Assembly (NCBI GenBank): GCA_964612555.1
Contig: CAZTBW010000008.1
Location: 71,404 to 135,403 of the forward strand
Source: an uncultured Bdellovibrionales bacterium
Lineage (GTDB): Bacteria; Bdellovibrionota_C; UBA2361; SZUA-149; DAOLCO01
Direction of reading: 5' to 3'
DNA length: 64,000 nt
Shown here: in pieces, positions 42,225 through 52,146 of the stretch
How positions within the stretch are numbered: the stretch's first letter is position 1
How the letters are laid out: each line of letters opens with the position of its first letter
Program-made: the position numbers and the translations under genes
Notes under the pieces: generated by a model
Database searches by the model: none
The model's input: only the letters and a program-made list of their open reading frames with translations
What the model was told of the DNA's origin: nothing

Positions 42225-43354
42225 ATAGTGTTCGGCAGTACCAGATATGTGCTCGATGTGTGATGGACACCTCTGATCCGGATATTATATTTGATGAAGA
42301 AGGTGTATGCAATCACTGTCATCGCTATGAGCAATTACTTCCTAGCAGAGTGTATTCCGCAGATGAAGCGCCAAAAAAATTAGAAGAGCTAGTCAGTACC
42401 ATAAAGAATCATGGTAAAGGCAATGAGTACGATTGTATTATAGGGGTGAGTGGAGGTGTAGACAGTACTTATGTTGCATATCTGGTGAAAAAACTTGGAT
42501 TAAAGCCCCTGGCAGTTCATTTTGATAATGGCTGGAACTCTGAGATAGCTGTCAGGAATATAGAAAAAACTCTCGATCGTCTAAGTATAGATTTATATAC
42601 TTATGTAATTAACTGGGAAGAATTTAAAGATTTGCAGAAAGCATTTCTTAGTGCGAGCACTCCGGATGGAGAAATACCGACAGACCACGCAATTAATGCC
42701 CTATTATTTCGTGAAGCCTCTAAAAGAGGAATCAAGTATATTATAAATGGAATGAACTTTGCGTCAGAATCAATGGCTGTCCCGGCTTGGGCATATGGAC
42801 ACTCTGATTGGAAATACATAAATAGTGTATACGCAACCTTTGGATCACGTGTACTTAAACATTATCCGTACTATTCATTTATTCATTTATTCTATTGGAC
42901 ATTCATAAAAAAAATTAAAGTAATTTCTATTCTTAATTATGTGCCGTATAAAAAAAATGAAGCCCTTAAGGTTCTAAAAAAAGAATTGGATTGGGTAGAT
43001 TATGGTGGAAAGCATTACGAATCAGTGTATACCCGTTTTTATCAAGGATACATTCTTCCAAAAAAATTTAATATAGATAAGAGAAGGGGACATGTATCAG
43101 ATCTGGTATTATCAGGACAGATTTCAAGAAAGCAGGCTCTGGAAGAACTTGAAAAGCCCGTATATGAAGAGGCTCTTTTAAGACAAGATAAGCCTTTCGT
43201 CATAAAGAAACTCGAACTTAGTGCAGAATCTTTTGAAACCCTCATGAAACTTCCAGTAAAGAGTTTCAAAGACTTTCCTAACAGTTATGAACGTATCGCA
43301 GGGCTCAAGCGTTTTCTTAATTTTCTAAGATATAAGGGCTGGTACAGTAAGTAG
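42221..43354 (+). CDS. N-acetyl sugar amidotransferase (WbuX/WbpG/PseA family, PP-loop)
   Basis: 377 aa; Zn-ribbon-like N-terminus (CARCVMDTSDPDIIFDEEGVCNHC); PP-loop IIGVSGGVDSTYVAYL; ATGA overlap with the hisF-like gene. Confidence 0.8.
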   Translation: MNSVRQYQICARCVMDTSDPDIIFDEEGVCNHCHRYEQLLPSRVYSADEAPKKLEELVSTIKNHGKGNEYDCIIGVSGGVDSTYVAYLVKKLGLKPLAVHFDNGWNSEIAVRNIEKTLDRLSIDLYTYVINWEEFKDLQKAFLSASTPDGEIPTDHAINALLFREASKRGIKYIINGMNFASESMAVPAWAYGHSDWKYINSVYATFGSRVLKHYPYYSFIHLFYWTFIKKIKVISILNYVPYKKNEALKVLKKELDWVDYGGKHYESVYTRFYQGYILPKKFNIDKRRGHVSDLVLSGQISRKQALEELEKPVYEEALLRQDKPFVIKKLELSAESFETLMKLPVKSFKDFPNSYERIAGLKRFLNFLRYKGWYSK

Positions 43355-43360
43355 CTTTAT

Positions 43361-44494
43361 TTGGCAATGAAAAAAGGGATACATATTTACGGTTCACCTT
43401 TTCGGTACGAGTCAAGAATGCTTCGGATTTCTCATAGTCTGATTTCTCTGGGTATAGTTGATGAGGTTTTAATAATTGCTATAGGTGAAAAAAATCTTCC
43501 CCGTGAAGAAAACATCTCTTCACAAATAAAAGTACAGAGAATTAATCTTTTGGCTGATCAGATTCCTTTTTCGATGGTAAAGAAGATTTTTAAACTTTTT
43601 GAATTCAATATTCGGGCTTTCTTACTTAGCAGGAAATATCCTTCGAGTCATACCGCTTGTCACAGTCTCCTTGTCTTACCTCTGGGGATAATTTTAAAAT
43701 TTTTCCGGTTTACAGAAGAGGTCATCTATGAAGCTCATGAACTTGAAACTGAAAGAAATGGGTTAAGCGGAATTCCACAATACATTTCCCGCTTAGTGGA
43801 GAAGGTGTTGGTAAAGTATGTTAAACATATAACAGTCGTGAGTCCATCAATTGAACGCTGGTACAGAGATACCTATAAGATCGAAAAGGTTACTTTACTC
43901 AGAAACATTCCCTTGAAAGAAGATAGAGTATTCGAGCATAATCTTCTTCGGGAGAAGGTAGGGGTTTCTTCGGATGATGTAGTGTGTCTGTACCAGGGGG
44001 TATTGGGAAAAGGAAGGGGAATTGAAACTCTTCTGGAGGTTTTTTCTGAACTATCAATTAAGCAGCATCTGGTTTTTCTTGGGTATGGTCCTTTACTGCC
44101 TCTGATTCAAAAATATAAAAAATCCTGTTTGCGAATCCACGTCCTTGAGGCGGTTTCTCCCAAAGAGCTTCTTTCTTATACCTGTGGTGCTGATATAGGG
44201 CTTTGTTTAATTCAAAATACGTGTTTAAGTTATTATTATTGTTTGCCAAATAAATTATTTGAATACATCCATGCTGGTGTTCCTGTTATCGCAAGTGATT
44301 TTCCTGATATGAAAAGCGTTATAAAGGAATACGGCTGTGGTTGGACTATAGATCAATCAACTGATACACTGAAAAATCTTCTCAGTGGGATGAGCAAGTC
44401 TGATGTGGAAAGCCGTAAAAAGGCTACAGAGAGAGCTAAAATCAATTTTTCTTGGCAACAGGAAGAAGGAAAATTAAAAACAGTTTACTTATGA
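43361..44494 (+). CDS. Glycosyltransferase family 4 (GT-B)
   Basis: 377 aa; C-terminal Glycos_transf_1-like region (…YQGVLGKGRGIETLL…EYIHAGVPVIASD…). Confidence 0.65.
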   Translation: MAMKKGIHIYGSPFRYESRMLRISHSLISLGIVDEVLIIAIGEKNLPREENISSQIKVQRINLLADQIPFSMVKKIFKLFEFNIRAFLLSRKYPSSHTACHSLLVLPLGIILKFFRFTEEVIYEAHELETERNGLSGIPQYISRLVEKVLVKYVKHITVVSPSIERWYRDTYKIEKVTLLRNIPLKEDRVFEHNLLREKVGVSSDDVVCLYQGVLGKGRGIETLLEVFSELSIKQHLVFLGYGPLLPLIQKYKKSCLRIHVLEAVSPKELLSYTCGADIGLCLIQNTCLSYYYCLPNKLFEYIHAGVPVIASDFPDMKSVIKEYGCGWTIDQSTDTLKNLLSGMSKSDVESRKKATERAKINFSWQQEEGKLKTVYL

Positions 44495-45510
44495 GAAATG
44501 ACAAACTTGCCTTTGCAATTATTGGATGTGGGCGCATAGCTCACAGGCACGCTGAATATATAGCAAAGAGCGGAGTCCTTATTGCAGCTTGTGATATTAT
44601 AGAAGAGAGAGCGAAAGAGCTTGCTAGTACGTATCAGGCACGTTCTTATTCTGAAGTGGATGTGATGCTTTCTTCAGAAAAGGAAATAGATGTTGTGGTG
44701 ATATGCAGCCCTAATGGTCTTCATGCTGAACACTCTATTAAAGCCTTGAAGGCAGGCTTTCATGTTCTCTGTGAAAAGCCGATGGCAATCAGTTCGTCTG
44801 ATTGCGGAGAAATGATTAAGACTGCTGAGCGCTGCAATAAACGCCTGTTTATTGTCAAGCAAAACAGATTCAATCCTCCTGTTGTTTCTGTAAAGGAAGC
44901 AATTGAAAGTGGGAAGTTAGGTGCTATTTATAGTATACAGTTAAACTGTTTCTGGAATAGAAACTTTGATTATTATCAAAATTCGTGGAAGGGAACGATG
45001 GCACTGGATGGGGGCACTTTGTTTACCCAGTTCAGTCATTTTATTGATCTTTTATACTGGATGTTTGGAGATGTTCGTCGAGTTTTTTCTTTCAATAGAA
45101 ATTTTTCACACGAATCAGTAATAGAATTTGAAGATACCGGAGTCGTGTTACTTGAATTTCAGACTGGTGCTTTGGGAACTATAAACTATACAGTTAATAG
45201 TTATCGCAAAAATATGGAAGGTTCTCTGAGTATCTTTGGAGAAAAAGGGACAGTCAAAATAGGAGGGCAGTACCTTAATGAACTTGAATATCAGTGCATA
45301 GAGGATTTTGTCATCCAGAACCTTCCAAAAGGAAATACTGCAAATAACTACGGAACGTATCAAGGCTCAATGTCTAATCATGACAAGGTATATGAAAACT
45401 TGCTTGATGTATTTTTGAAAGGGAGTGCTATTTCCACTAATTCTTTTGAAGGATTGAAAACAGTGGAGATTATAGAAAAAATATATGAGTCAGCCCGTAT
45501 CGCTGGATAA
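44491..45510 (+). CDS. WlbA/WbpB-like Gfo/Idh/MocA oxidoreductase (second copy)
   Basis: Start at MRNDKLAFAIIGCGRIAHRH (ATGA overlap with the preceding stop; the ORF-track start at 44452 is inside the upstream gene). Rossmann motif and …VLCEKPMA…. Confidence 0.75.
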   Translation: MRNDKLAFAIIGCGRIAHRHAEYIAKSGVLIAACDIIEERAKELASTYQARSYSEVDVMLSSEKEIDVVVICSPNGLHAEHSIKALKAGFHVLCEKPMAISSSDCGEMIKTAERCNKRLFIVKQNRFNPPVVSVKEAIESGKLGAIYSIQLNCFWNRNFDYYQNSWKGTMALDGGTLFTQFSHFIDLLYWMFGDVRRVFSFNRNFSHESVIEFEDTGVVLLEFQTGALGTINYTVNSYRKNMEGSLSIFGEKGTVKIGGQYLNELEYQCIEDFVIQNLPKGNTANNYGTYQGSMSNHDKVYENLLDVFLKGSAISTNSFEGLKTVEIIEKIYESARIAG

Positions 45511-45512
45511 AA

Positions 45513-45974
45513 GTGAGAGCAACATTTCTTGAAAGTGATATTTGGGATGTTTCCTTTGGCAGTAGAGTCAAGGTTATAAAACCAGTAAACCTCTATGGGT
45601 GCACCATTGGTGATGACTGTTTTATTGGTCCTTTTGTAGAAATACAGAAAAATACTTCTATTGGTAAAAGAACAAGAGTTCAATCGCATTCATTTATATG
45701 TGAGCTTGTTATTATTGGTGAAGATTGTTTTATAGGTCATGGTGTTATGTTCATTAACGATCTTTTTTCTGAAGGTGGACCTGCGCGTGGAAATACTTCG
45801 CTCTGGAAATCTACCAGGATTGAAGATCATGTTAGTATTGGCAGTAATGCAACTATTTTACCTGTTACTATTTGCTCACGAACAGTGATTGGTGCCGGAG
45901 CGGTGGTTACTAAAGATATTCTTATACCCGGCGTATATGCAGGAAACCCTGCTCGTTTAATCAGAGAACTATGA
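45513..45974 (+). CDS. WlbB/WbpD-like hexapeptide N-acetyltransferase (second copy, GTG start)
   Basis: 153 aa of LbH repeats; directly follows the oxidoreductase and precedes the aminotransferase (WlbA-B-C order). Confidence 0.7.
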   Translation: MRATFLESDIWDVSFGSRVKVIKPVNLYGCTIGDDCFIGPFVEIQKNTSIGKRTRVQSHSFICELVIIGEDCFIGHGVMFINDLFSEGGPARGNTSLWKSTRIEDHVSIGSNATILPVTICSRTVIGAGAVVTKDILIPGVYAGNPARLIREL

Positions 45975-47083
45975 CAATGAAAATACCTTTTGTTGACTTG
46001 AAAGCCCAGTATTTTGGAATTAAAGAAGAGATTGATTCGGCTATTGCCAGTGTCATTTCTGAAACAGCTTTTATTGGAGGTCTGCCCGTAAGTCAGTTTG
46101 AGCAGGCTTTTTCAGAGGCGTATGGAGTTAAACACTGTATCTCTGTAGCTAATGGGACAGATTCTCTTTATATCATAATGAAGATGATGGGTTTTGGACA
46201 AGGTGATGAAGTTATTACTGTTGCTAACAGCTGGATTTCTTCTTCTGAAACCATTAGTCAGGTTGGTGCAAGACCAGTCTTTATAGACATTCATCCAGAA
46301 TTTTATTCTATTGATGAGAAGTTAATCGAAGAAAAGATAAATTCCAGAACCAAGGCTATACTGGTGGTACATCTCCAGGGACAGATGTGTGAAATGGCTA
46401 CTATAAGTACCCTTTGCGAAAAATATGGACTTTTCTTGATTGAAGACTGCGCGCAGTCTCATTTTTCAGAATACCGTGGACAAAGAGCAGGTACGTTTGG
46501 ACAAGCAGCTTCCTTTAGCTTTTATCCTGGAAAAAATCTTGGTGCCTATGGTGATGCAGGTTGTATTCTTACAAACAGTGATGATCTGGCGAGAAAATAC
46601 TGTCTTTTTGCAAGACATGGGGCTTTGAAAAAGCATGAGCACGAAATAGAGGGAATCAATAGTCGTATGGATGGATTGCAGGCAGCAGTTCTTCTTGCAA
46701 AGTTACCACACATTTATCGTTGGACTGAGCAAAGAATACGAAATGCCGATTTGTATGATCTCTGTTTATCAAATGTTGGCGACATCATCATTCCAAAAAG
46801 GAGAGAGAACAGTAAACATACGTTTCACCTTTATGTAATTCGGAGTAATTTTCGAAATGAGCTTGCTTCCTTTTTGCGAGAGCACGGAGTAGAAACCGCA
46901 ATCCACTATCCACGGGCTCTTCCTAATCTTCCTGCATATGCGTATTTGGAGTATACACCAGAGGACTTTCCCATAGCTTCTCTGTACCAAAAGCAGATAT
47001 TGTCACTCCCTATGTATCCAGAGCTATCAGAGTCAGCAATCGGGTATGTTGCGGAGTGTATTAAGACTTTTTTTAAGAAATAA
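45971..47083 (+). CDS. DegT/DnrJ/EryC1/StrS-family PLP aminotransferase (WlbC/WbpE-like)
   Basis: 370 aa; …VANGTDSLYI…, …FSFYPGKNLGAYGDAG… (PLP-lysine region). Confidence 0.85.
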   Translation: MTMKIPFVDLKAQYFGIKEEIDSAIASVISETAFIGGLPVSQFEQAFSEAYGVKHCISVANGTDSLYIIMKMMGFGQGDEVITVANSWISSSETISQVGARPVFIDIHPEFYSIDEKLIEEKINSRTKAILVVHLQGQMCEMATISTLCEKYGLFLIEDCAQSHFSEYRGQRAGTFGQAASFSFYPGKNLGAYGDAGCILTNSDDLARKYCLFARHGALKKHEHEIEGINSRMDGLQAAVLLAKLPHIYRWTEQRIRNADLYDLCLSNVGDIIIPKRRENSKHTFHLYVIRSNFRNELASFLREHGVETAIHYPRALPNLPAYAYLEYTPEDFPIASLYQKQILSLPMYPELSESAIGYVAECIKTFFKK

Positions 47084-48291
47084 TGAAGAAAGTAGTTTGG
47101 TATATTTCAAAATATGCAAGTCCTCTGAAATATGGATTTAACTCGCGTCATTTTCATTTTGCGAAGTGTTTTAATGCAGAAGGTTACAAAACGTACGTAA
47201 TATCTTCAGATTCTAATCATCTTGCAGACTTTCCTGATTTTCCAAAAACTTATTTTACTGAAAGTGTCGATGGAGTGGATACTCTCTGGATAAAGACTAG
47301 AAAATACGCAGAGCGAAGTGGTTTGTCCCGAATACTGAGCTGGGTTGATTTTGAGAGAAAGCTCCTTTGTGTTCCGAAAGAGCACTTGCCAAAGCCAGAT
47401 ACGATTATAGTATCCTCTCTTTCCCTTCTTAGTGTTGTATCTGGCATGTTTTTTTCAAGAAAGTATTCTGCGCGATTTATTCTTGAAATACGAGATATCT
47501 GGCCACAAACCCTACTGGATATAGGTACATATAGCCCTTTTAACCCTTTGATATTTGCTCTTGGGATTCTTGAAAAAGTAGCCTACAAAAAAGCCGACGT
47601 GATAGTGGGTACAATGCCTAATCTTCGGGAACATGTAAAGGAGGTATTGGGTACAGATGAGAAAGTGTACTGCATTCCTCAGGGGATTGATTTGGATATG
47701 TATCGAGATAGTCTTGAAGTTTCTGATGATGTGTTTGATGAACACTTGCCTAAAGATAAATTTATCGTTGGGTATGCAGGAAGTATTGGAAAATCTAACG
47801 CTCTTGAAACTCTTATTTCCTGTGCGAAACGATTACAGAGTAATCAGCGTATATACTTTGCTCTGATGGGAGAAGGAGACTCTCTGACAGAATTTAAGGA
47901 GCAGACGAAGGGATTTAAAAATATAGTGTTTATCCCTAAGATGAATAAAAAATATGTGTCTGCATTCTTAAGTCGTTGTAGTATTTTATATGATAGCGTG
48001 AAACACGTCAGGCTGTATGATTTTGGTTTATCGAGAAATAAATGGATTGATTATATGTTTGCTGGAAAGCCGATCATTGCCTCTTATAGTGGTTTTCCCA
48101 GCATGCTTAATGAATCAGATTGCGGGACTTTTGTTCCTTCAGAAGATGTTTTAGCATTAGAACAGGCACTTCTTAGTTATTCAAATTTTTCTGAGGATGT
48201 TCTTAATGAGATTGGTAAAAAAGGATACGATTGGCTTTTAGAATACAGAACTTTTGATAAGCTTACAAAAAAATATGTTGAACTCCTGTAA
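47083..48291 (+). CDS. Glycosyltransferase family 4 (GT-B)
   Basis: 402 aa; GT4 architecture (…GYAGSIGKSNALETL…). Confidence 0.65.
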   Translation: MKKVVWYISKYASPLKYGFNSRHFHFAKCFNAEGYKTYVISSDSNHLADFPDFPKTYFTESVDGVDTLWIKTRKYAERSGLSRILSWVDFERKLLCVPKEHLPKPDTIIVSSLSLLSVVSGMFFSRKYSARFILEIRDIWPQTLLDIGTYSPFNPLIFALGILEKVAYKKADVIVGTMPNLREHVKEVLGTDEKVYCIPQGIDLDMYRDSLEVSDDVFDEHLPKDKFIVGYAGSIGKSNALETLISCAKRLQSNQRIYFALMGEGDSLTEFKEQTKGFKNIVFIPKMNKKYVSAFLSRCSILYDSVKHVRLYDFGLSRNKWIDYMFAGKPIIASYSGFPSMLNESDCGTFVPSEDVLALEQALLSYSNFSEDVLNEIGKKGYDWLLEYRTFDKLTKKYVELL

Positions 48292-48348
48292 AAATTTTTT
48301 AGTGTAGATTTTTCTAGGGTTGTATCCCCCCATTAAGTTGCCTGTGCG

Positions 48349-49026
48349 CTATCCCTCTCTTGATGGTAAATCAAGAAAGATGCGCTGAGGGAGGTCTGAT
48401 TGCGGAAAGAGAACTACCCATGCAGTAAGAAGAAATAGTTTGAAATCTGTGCTGGGAGACTGATTTTCCTGATACCATTTTTCAAGCCGTCCTTTAAAAG
48501 GGTAGATTTTATTTTTATAAAAATCCCAGGTATCTTCACCTCTATTTTTTACTTCTGTTATTAACTCTTCTTCATCTCTGAATATGATAGAACCTATACC
48601 ACTCAATCCTGGTTTTACGTTGTAAATTATTCCCTGAATTTCTTTGGGATATGCTTCAAAGCTTTGTCGCATGACAGGTCGAGGTCCGATAAAGCTCATA
48701 TCTCCTTTTAGAATGTTTATTAACTGAGGTATTTCATTGATTTTTGTTTTTCTAAGAAAAGAGCCAAGAGGAGTAATTCTGGGATCCTTTTTTGTAGTAA
48801 TAATTCCTCCTTCCATGTTGGGACTATCTTTTAACATGGTTGCAAATTTCCATATCATAAAAGGCTGATTCTTGTAGCCGATTCGTTCTTGTTTATACCA
48901 TATATAGCCTTCACCAGTGAGCCTAAGGGCTATCATTATTGGTATTATAATTGGTGCGAGTACGATGAGATGTATGCATGCAAGAATAATATCAATGAGA
49001 CGTTTGGTATGAGTATATGAAATCAT
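48349..49026 (-). CDS. Undecaprenyl-phosphate sugar phosphotransferase, small PglC/WbaP-C-terminal type (initiating transferase)
   Basis: 225 aa; …KRLIDIILACIHLIVLAPII…KFATM…DPRITPLGSFLRKTKINEIPQLINILKGDMSFIGPRP… is the 'bacterial sugar transferase' signature. Confidence 0.85.
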   Translation of the reverse strand: MISYTHTKRLIDIILACIHLIVLAPIIIPIMIALRLTGEGYIWYKQERIGYKNQPFMIWKFATMLKDSPNMEGGIITTKKDPRITPLGSFLRKTKINEIPQLINILKGDMSFIGPRPVMRQSFEAYPKEIQGIIYNVKPGLSGIGSIIFRDEEELITEVKNRGEDTWDFYKNKIYPFKGRLEKWYQENQSPSTDFKLFLLTAWVVLFPQSDLPQRIFLDLPSREG

Positions 49027-49028
49027 AG

Positions 49029-50240
49029 CTACATCTTTTGATCGAGATTTTTACCAGTTTCTATATGATTGAAATCAGGTAAGAATTTATTCAGTGTTTG
49101 TACTATATCTTGTTTGGAGATGTTAGTGGAGTTTAAACTTTCTTTAAGTTCCTTGACTATTTGTGAAATTATATCCCTATCAAATATTTTTGAATTTTTT
49201 ATTATGCCGAGGCTTTTGAATGAGTGTAACTCAAGAGAATCTTTTTTTGAATAAAATTCTTCATACGTCTTTTCCCCCGATGTATCTGAAGTAAAGAAAT
49301 ATACCGGATAAGGGTCATCATCTTTCATGGAACTGGCATACCCCCTTGCCTCATCTTCTGTAGGGAAAGTGATAATTTTTCTTTCAAAGAATTTAAAAAA
49401 ATCTTCTGTGATTTCCTTAAATAAGACCATGTCTTCTTCTGATAGTTTAGGAAAAAATATATTTCCTGATGTTCCCAGTATGCATGCAAGCATACATATT
49501 TGACCACTTTCCTCTGGTGAGACAAAGAATCTTTTTATATCTGCCGGACAGGATAGGGGCTGCTTTTTTGAAATTCTTTGTAAGTATCCATCAAGGAGCG
49601 AGCCGTTAGAGAATGCAACGTTTGCAAATCGTGCAGTGGTAACTTTTAATGAATCTGTATAGGAGAGTATAACATGCTCCATGAGTTTCTTACTCGCTCC
49701 CATAATATTGACCGGGTTTGCAGCTTTATCTGTTGATACACAGAAAAAATGTTTAGGGGCAAACTCGAGAAGAGTATCTAAGAATGACTTTGCATGTAAC
49801 ACGTTATTTTCAATCATTGCTTGTACTGAAAATATGTCTTTTTCACTTCGTACATGCTTGTGTGCAGCAAAGTTTGCGACAATATCGAATGGTCCATGCA
49901 AGTGAAGTAGCTTTGAGAGAATAGGGTCTGCAAAATTTAGAGGATATGTTTTGTATTCTTTGGGGATATACTGGCGATGTGTACTTCTCAGGTTTCTAGT
50001 TAATTCAGTCAACCCATTTTCATTATTATCTATTACAAATAGCTCAGCGGGCTGAAATTTTAGCATTTCCTGAATGAAGCTGCTACCTATCGTACCAGCT
50101 CCTCCTATGACGAGGAGTGATTTTCCTGATATTTCTTTTTCAAGCGTAGAGTAATTATTTTCTATATCTTCTTTAAAGAGGCTATGATCTCTTTTTGTAA
50201 TGTATTGCGATATGAATTTAGAAATGTCGATTCGTAGCAC
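49029..50240 (-). CDS. CapD/PglF-like NAD-dependent sugar 4,6-dehydratase (soluble, no N-terminal TM domain)
   Basis: 403 aa; Rossmann VIGGAGTIGS and catalytic-region STDKAANPVNIMGASKKLME. Confidence 0.75.
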   Translation of the reverse strand: MLRIDISKFISQYITKRDHSLFKEDIENNYSTLEKEISGKSLLVIGGAGTIGSSFIQEMLKFQPAELFVIDNNENGLTELTRNLRSTHRQYIPKEYKTYPLNFADPILSKLLHLHGPFDIVANFAAHKHVRSEKDIFSVQAMIENNVLHAKSFLDTLLEFAPKHFFCVSTDKAANPVNIMGASKKLMEHVILSYTDSLKVTTARFANVAFSNGSLLDGYLQRISKKQPLSCPADIKRFFVSPEESGQICMLACILGTSGNIFFPKLSEEDMVLFKEITEDFFKFFERKIITFPTEDEARGYASSMKDDDPYPVYFFTSDTSGEKTYEEFYSKKDSLELHSFKSLGIIKNSKIFDRDIISQIVKELKESLNSTNISKQDIVQTLNKFLPDFNHIETGKNLDQKM

Positions 50241-50245
50241 GTGCG

Positions 50246-51403
50246 TTATTTTTTAAAAAAGTTTTTGATTGTTTTTGTTACGGTGTAAAGATCTTCTTCG
50301 CTTAAATTCGCTGAGCTTGGTATACTGATACATTCATTGTATATCATAGATGAAAAATTATGTTCAGTAACATAAATGCTATCTGAAAACATTGGAAGTG
50401 TGTTCATTGGTGTCCAGAGTGGTCTGGAGAGAATATTTCGTTCTTTTAAATATTGTATGAGTGCTCTCATTTTATTTGTTCTAAAGGTAAATAACCAGGA
50501 GTTTGTTTCTACATGGTCTGTGATTTTCTGAAAATTGATATCTTCAACTCCATCAAGTTCATTTCTATAGAATGTTTCAATTGATTTTTTTCGCTTTAAA
50601 ATATCTTCAAATTGTTCCATCTGAGCAACACCTAGTGCAGCAAGAACATTAACTAATCTATAGTTATAACCTATTTCATCGTGAATATATTCATCGGGTG
50701 ATATTTTTGCCTGTGTGGTGAGATGTTTTGCTTTTTTTGCAAGTGTTTCATCATTGGTAACGATCATCCCTCCGCCACCAGTAGATATTATTTTATTTCC
50801 ATTAAAACTAAACACCCCCACTCTGCCAAATGTGCCAGAGGATTGTCCTTTATAAAAAGTTCCAAGCGATTCTGCAGCATCTTCAATAATTTCAAGGTTA
50901 TATTTTTTAGCTATTTCAAGAAGAGAATCCATTTGAGGCATGTTTCCGAGAGCATGTACTGGGAGTATACCAAATACTCTTTTTTTGTTTGTGCGGTGTT
51001 GTCTTTTATTTCCAGTGTTTGTCTCAATTGAGATGGTATGTTCTTCCAGGAATTGCTCTACCAGGTTCAGATCTAATTGCCATGTATCTGGGTCTATATC
51101 GAATAGTATTGGCTCTGCGCCTGTATATTTTATAGCGTTTAGTGTTGCTATAAAAGTGATATTTGGGCAGAGGATATAATCTCCTGTTTCTACACCTGAA
51201 ATAATTTGAGCAATATGAAGCCCGGAAGTGCCGTTCATGCAGGCTACTGCAAACTCTGCTCCAGTGTATTTTGCAATTTGTTTTTCAAATTTTTCTACAA
51301 AGGATCCGGCAGTAGAAATCCACCCCGTATCAATACATTCTTTTACATAAATCCATTCATTGCCATTTAGGTAAGGTACTGAAAGGGGGATTAGTTTGTT
51401 CAT
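50246..51403 (-). CDS. DegT-family aminotransferase (PglE-like)
   Basis: 385 aa; …CMNGTSGLHIA…FSFNGNKII… is the PLP aminotransferase pattern. Confidence 0.85.
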   Translation of the reverse strand: MNKLIPLSVPYLNGNEWIYVKECIDTGWISTAGSFVEKFEKQIAKYTGAEFAVACMNGTSGLHIAQIISGVETGDYILCPNITFIATLNAIKYTGAEPILFDIDPDTWQLDLNLVEQFLEEHTISIETNTGNKRQHRTNKKRVFGILPVHALGNMPQMDSLLEIAKKYNLEIIEDAAESLGTFYKGQSSGTFGRVGVFSFNGNKIISTGGGGMIVTNDETLAKKAKHLTTQAKISPDEYIHDEIGYNYRLVNVLAALGVAQMEQFEDILKRKKSIETFYRNELDGVEDINFQKITDHVETNSWLFTFRTNKMRALIQYLKERNILSRPLWTPMNTLPMFSDSIYVTEHNFSSMIYNECISIPSSANLSEEDLYTVTKTIKNFFKK

Positions 51404-52017
51404 TTAATTAGTGGCTTTCCAGGGTTTCCTACAATGGTAGTATTATCAGGAATGTCAGATAGTACAACTGTGCCCGCGCCGATAATTACATTATTTCCTA
51501 TTTTTATTCCCTGTTTTATGACCGCATTAGCTCCGACAAAAGTTCCTGTTCCAATATTCACATTTCCCGAAAGGACAGCTCCTGGGGCGATATGAACAAA
51601 ATCTCCAATAGTGCATTCGTGTTCTATGATACTTCCAGTATTAATAATGGTTGCGTTTCCTATTCTGGCAAAAGGGTTGATAATTACATTTGTACCTATG
51701 AGATTTCCATTCAGAATTTCAGCAGATTGGGATATTACAGAGTTTGGAGATACGATTGATGGAAAACTGAATTTATCGTTTAGTTCATTATAAAGTCTTT
51801 CTCTGATCGTATTATTTCCAATTGAGATAAAGATACTTTTACATATTTTAGGGTCAGGATTTTTTCCCAGAAATTCAAGATCATACGGATTATAATTTTT
51901 TTCCTCTTTTTCGTAATATCCAGTCAGTATAAATCCTGAAAGTTTTGCTATTTCTATGCATACAAAGGAGTGTCCAGAGTAGCCGATGATTGATAAATGT
52001 TTTTTAGTTGTGCTCAT
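51400..52017 (-). CDS. NeuD/PglD-family sugar N-acetyltransferase
   Basis: 205 aa; N-terminal Rossmann-like part (LSIIGYSGHSFV) followed by LbH repeats, which is the PglD architecture; ATGA overlap with the aminotransferase. Confidence 0.75.
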   Translation of the reverse strand: MSTTKKHLSIIGYSGHSFVCIEIAKLSGFILTGYYEKEEKNYNPYDLEFLGKNPDPKICKSIFISIGNNTIRERLYNELNDKFSFPSIVSPNSVISQSAEILNGNLIGTNVIINPFARIGNATIINTGSIIEHECTIGDFVHIAPGAVLSGNVNIGTGTFVGANAVIKQGIKIGNNVIIGAGTVVLSDIPDNTTIVGNPGKPLIK

Positions 52018-52146
52018 GAATATAGCATTAGTTGGGTATATTTAATATGTACTTCAGGTTTTCTGATTTTAGCGTATTAAGAGGTTTTTATAAAGCTGTC
52101 CCTCAAGGAAATCTACCGCAGTTTATAATAGTTTACTATTAAGCTA

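Noticed and set aside
48292-48348. C7 tract (gtatccccccatt) in the convergent gap between the GT4 gene and the PglC-like gene.
   Set aside because: It sits between two converging stop codons, so a regulatory or phase-variable role is unlikely.
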